A stretch of DNA of 64,000 bases from Macrostomum hystrix (lineage: Eukaryota > Animalia > Platyhelminthes). Position numbers and translations under genes: made by a program. The DNA lies in the NCBI GenBank assembly GCA_950097015.1, contig CATNEN010000007.1, positions 8,246,001-8,310,000 of the forward strand. The letters are read 5' to 3'. A model generated the notes under the pieces. That model ran no database searches and was not told the origin of the DNA. It saw only the letters and a list, made by a program, of their open reading frames with translations. Position 1 is the stretch's first letter. Every line of letters begins with the position of its first letter. Below are positions 62,170 through 64,000 of the stretch, piece after piece.

Positions 62170-62455
62170 CCGCTCCACCCGCCCACCCTTCCAACCGCCG
62201 CTTGTCGCGTCACGTGACTCGCTCCTCTCACGCGCACAAACGAACCAAAAAACAGCCGGCCACTACGACGAGGACATCACAAAGAAGTCGCCGCCGCAGT
62301 CGCCGTCGCATTCGCAGATCGCGTGAAAAGTTGTTGAACCTTTCTAAGAAAGCGAGGCGGGGAAGAAAACCCGGAAGAGTGACGACGTCGTAAAGTGACT
62401 GTCCTGATTTTTGTTCATGTGAGCCAACGCTAGCAGCGCAGACAGAGGTAATACA
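62170..62455 (+). promoter_or_regulatory. Candidate promoter and non-coding first exon of a downstream gene
   Basis: GC-box-like CCACCCGCCC, palindromic E-box GTCACGTGAC (62209-62218), CpG-rich leader, donor-like AGAG|GTAATA near 62448 followed by AT-rich DNA. Confidence 0.35.
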
Positions 62456-63652
62456 AATAGTTGCAGGTTTTAGTTTTGCATGAAAGCTGGAAGCCCTCCA
62501 GTCCTGGCACCCGCACTGACTGTTGTCTCATTGAAATGTAGTAATTATTTTTCTGTCGTATTGTGACGCTTCCCATTTGTTATAGCTGTTACTCATTTGA
62601 AAAATGTTTAATTTAGTAACAAACAGGTTCAACATTTAACATTAAGAAAAGGCTATCACACTTCACAGCAGAATCAATAGATGACTAAGAATTTCCTCCA
62701 AACTGAAAAAAACACATAGGACCTGTTTCATAGAGCCGGGCACTGATCAGCGCTTGTTTAGTTGTTTTATTGTTCATTAAAAATAATGTTAATTATAAGA
62801 AAAAGCAAAGCTCTTTTTGTACATATCTTAATAACAACATTTTTTGGCACCCTCAGTAATTAAAAAAAGTTCTTTTTTTCACACGGTGCCCATGCACCGT
62901 AACGAATTATAATCACCTACCTTAATATTCTTATCGTTGCTTTTATATCAACTTTAAAGTACATCGCGTGAAGCCTAACCGCATAGCAAACTCATTGATT
63001 GAGCAGCTTACCCAATCAGGTTCAAAACTTTTATAATGTTGCTTTTTTGCTAGCTTGTAAAGAAGAAAACTTATTGCCTGCTGCATCAATATTCGCATTG
63101 TCATAGCTAGAAAATGCTTGTTTTCTGTAGAACATAAAATTCTGCGGTTGTGGCTCTGCTATTAATTCGCTTTTTTCAATATAAAAGAATTACAAATTCA
63201 GACCACAGATCCAACTTTTTGCGATGCTTTGATTAACAAATATTTTCTATTTTTCGAAAGTAATAAACTCAATTAATTTTCTAATTTTGCTTAACTACTT
63301 TCTGTCGATTATGTTTTCATACTGAGTTTAATCTCCATTAGAACGATACAAATGTTTATCAAAGTCTTTGTCGCTGCATAGTCTATGTAGCTCCGTCATT
63401 TATGTCTAATTTTTTATCTACCACGCATTCGCTATCCCAGCTTTTTACTTCTGTACGTGTTTTGGCATGAAGCCCCATTTTTCCTCCTATAAACGTTGGC
63501 CCACTCTCTCTATTTATAAGTGTTTTTTGTTAGCACACAAACTAAAATTACCGGATTGTCTGCAATAAACCAAATGCACCATTGAAAATTGTCTGCCAAG
63601 ATTTGCATCACTGCTTCATTTTCTAGTAAGGTAAAGGTACTTTAAAGAAATC

Positions 63653-64000
63653 CCAGATCCTCACACACCATCCCTTAAACATTATTCTCAGATGCTCACA
63701 CTGAGACACAATCCCATAAGCATTATTCTCAGATCCTCACACTGAGACACCATCCCTTAAACATTATTCTCAGATCCTCACACACCATCCCATAAACATT
63801 ATTCTCAGATCCTCACACACCATCCCTTAAACATTATTCTCAGATCCTCACACACCATCCCTTAAACATTATTCTCAGATCCTCACACACCATCCCTTAA
63901 ACATTATTCTCAGATCCTCACACTGAGACACCATCCCTTAAACATTATTCTCAGATCCTCACACACCATCCCATAAACATTATTCTCAGATCCTCACACT
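63653..64000. repeat. 34/40-bp minisatellite (CACACCATCCCTTAAACATTATTCTCAGATCCTCA), runs off the window end
   Basis: Tandem array with a 6-bp indel variant. Confidence 0.93.

Overview
Eukaryotic (animal) genomic DNA with GT-AG introns, GC-rich coding exons, AT-rich islands and a very high minisatellite density. The style suggests a free-living flatworm such as Macrostomum; this is inference and was not verified. Genes I could reconstruct by hand: a secreted WSC-domain protein (-); a CRAL-TRIO lipid-binding protein (+) with an antisense perilipin gene nested in its intron; a quinolinate phosphoribosyltransferase (QPRT)-like gene (-) that has lost most catalytic residues and gained a long Ala/Gln-rich tail with a basic NLS-like motif; lipase maturation factor LMF2 (+), head-to-head with the QPRT-like gene; a MEST-like alpha/beta hydrolase (-); S-adenosylmethionine decarboxylase (-) with clustered uORFs; a divergent class-A GPCR (-); a fibrinogen-domain protein (+); and an SLC1A/EAAT glutamate transporter (+). 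Mobile DNA includes a tRNA-derived SINE family (about 9 copies or fragments), a CORE-like SINE, two mirror-image MITEs flanking the bidirectional promoter, and nested TIR elements inside an EAAT intron. There are more than 25 tandem arrays, many abutting splice sites. No CRISPR, rRNA or genuine tRNA gene is supported. Exon coordinates were read by eye and may be off by a few bases.
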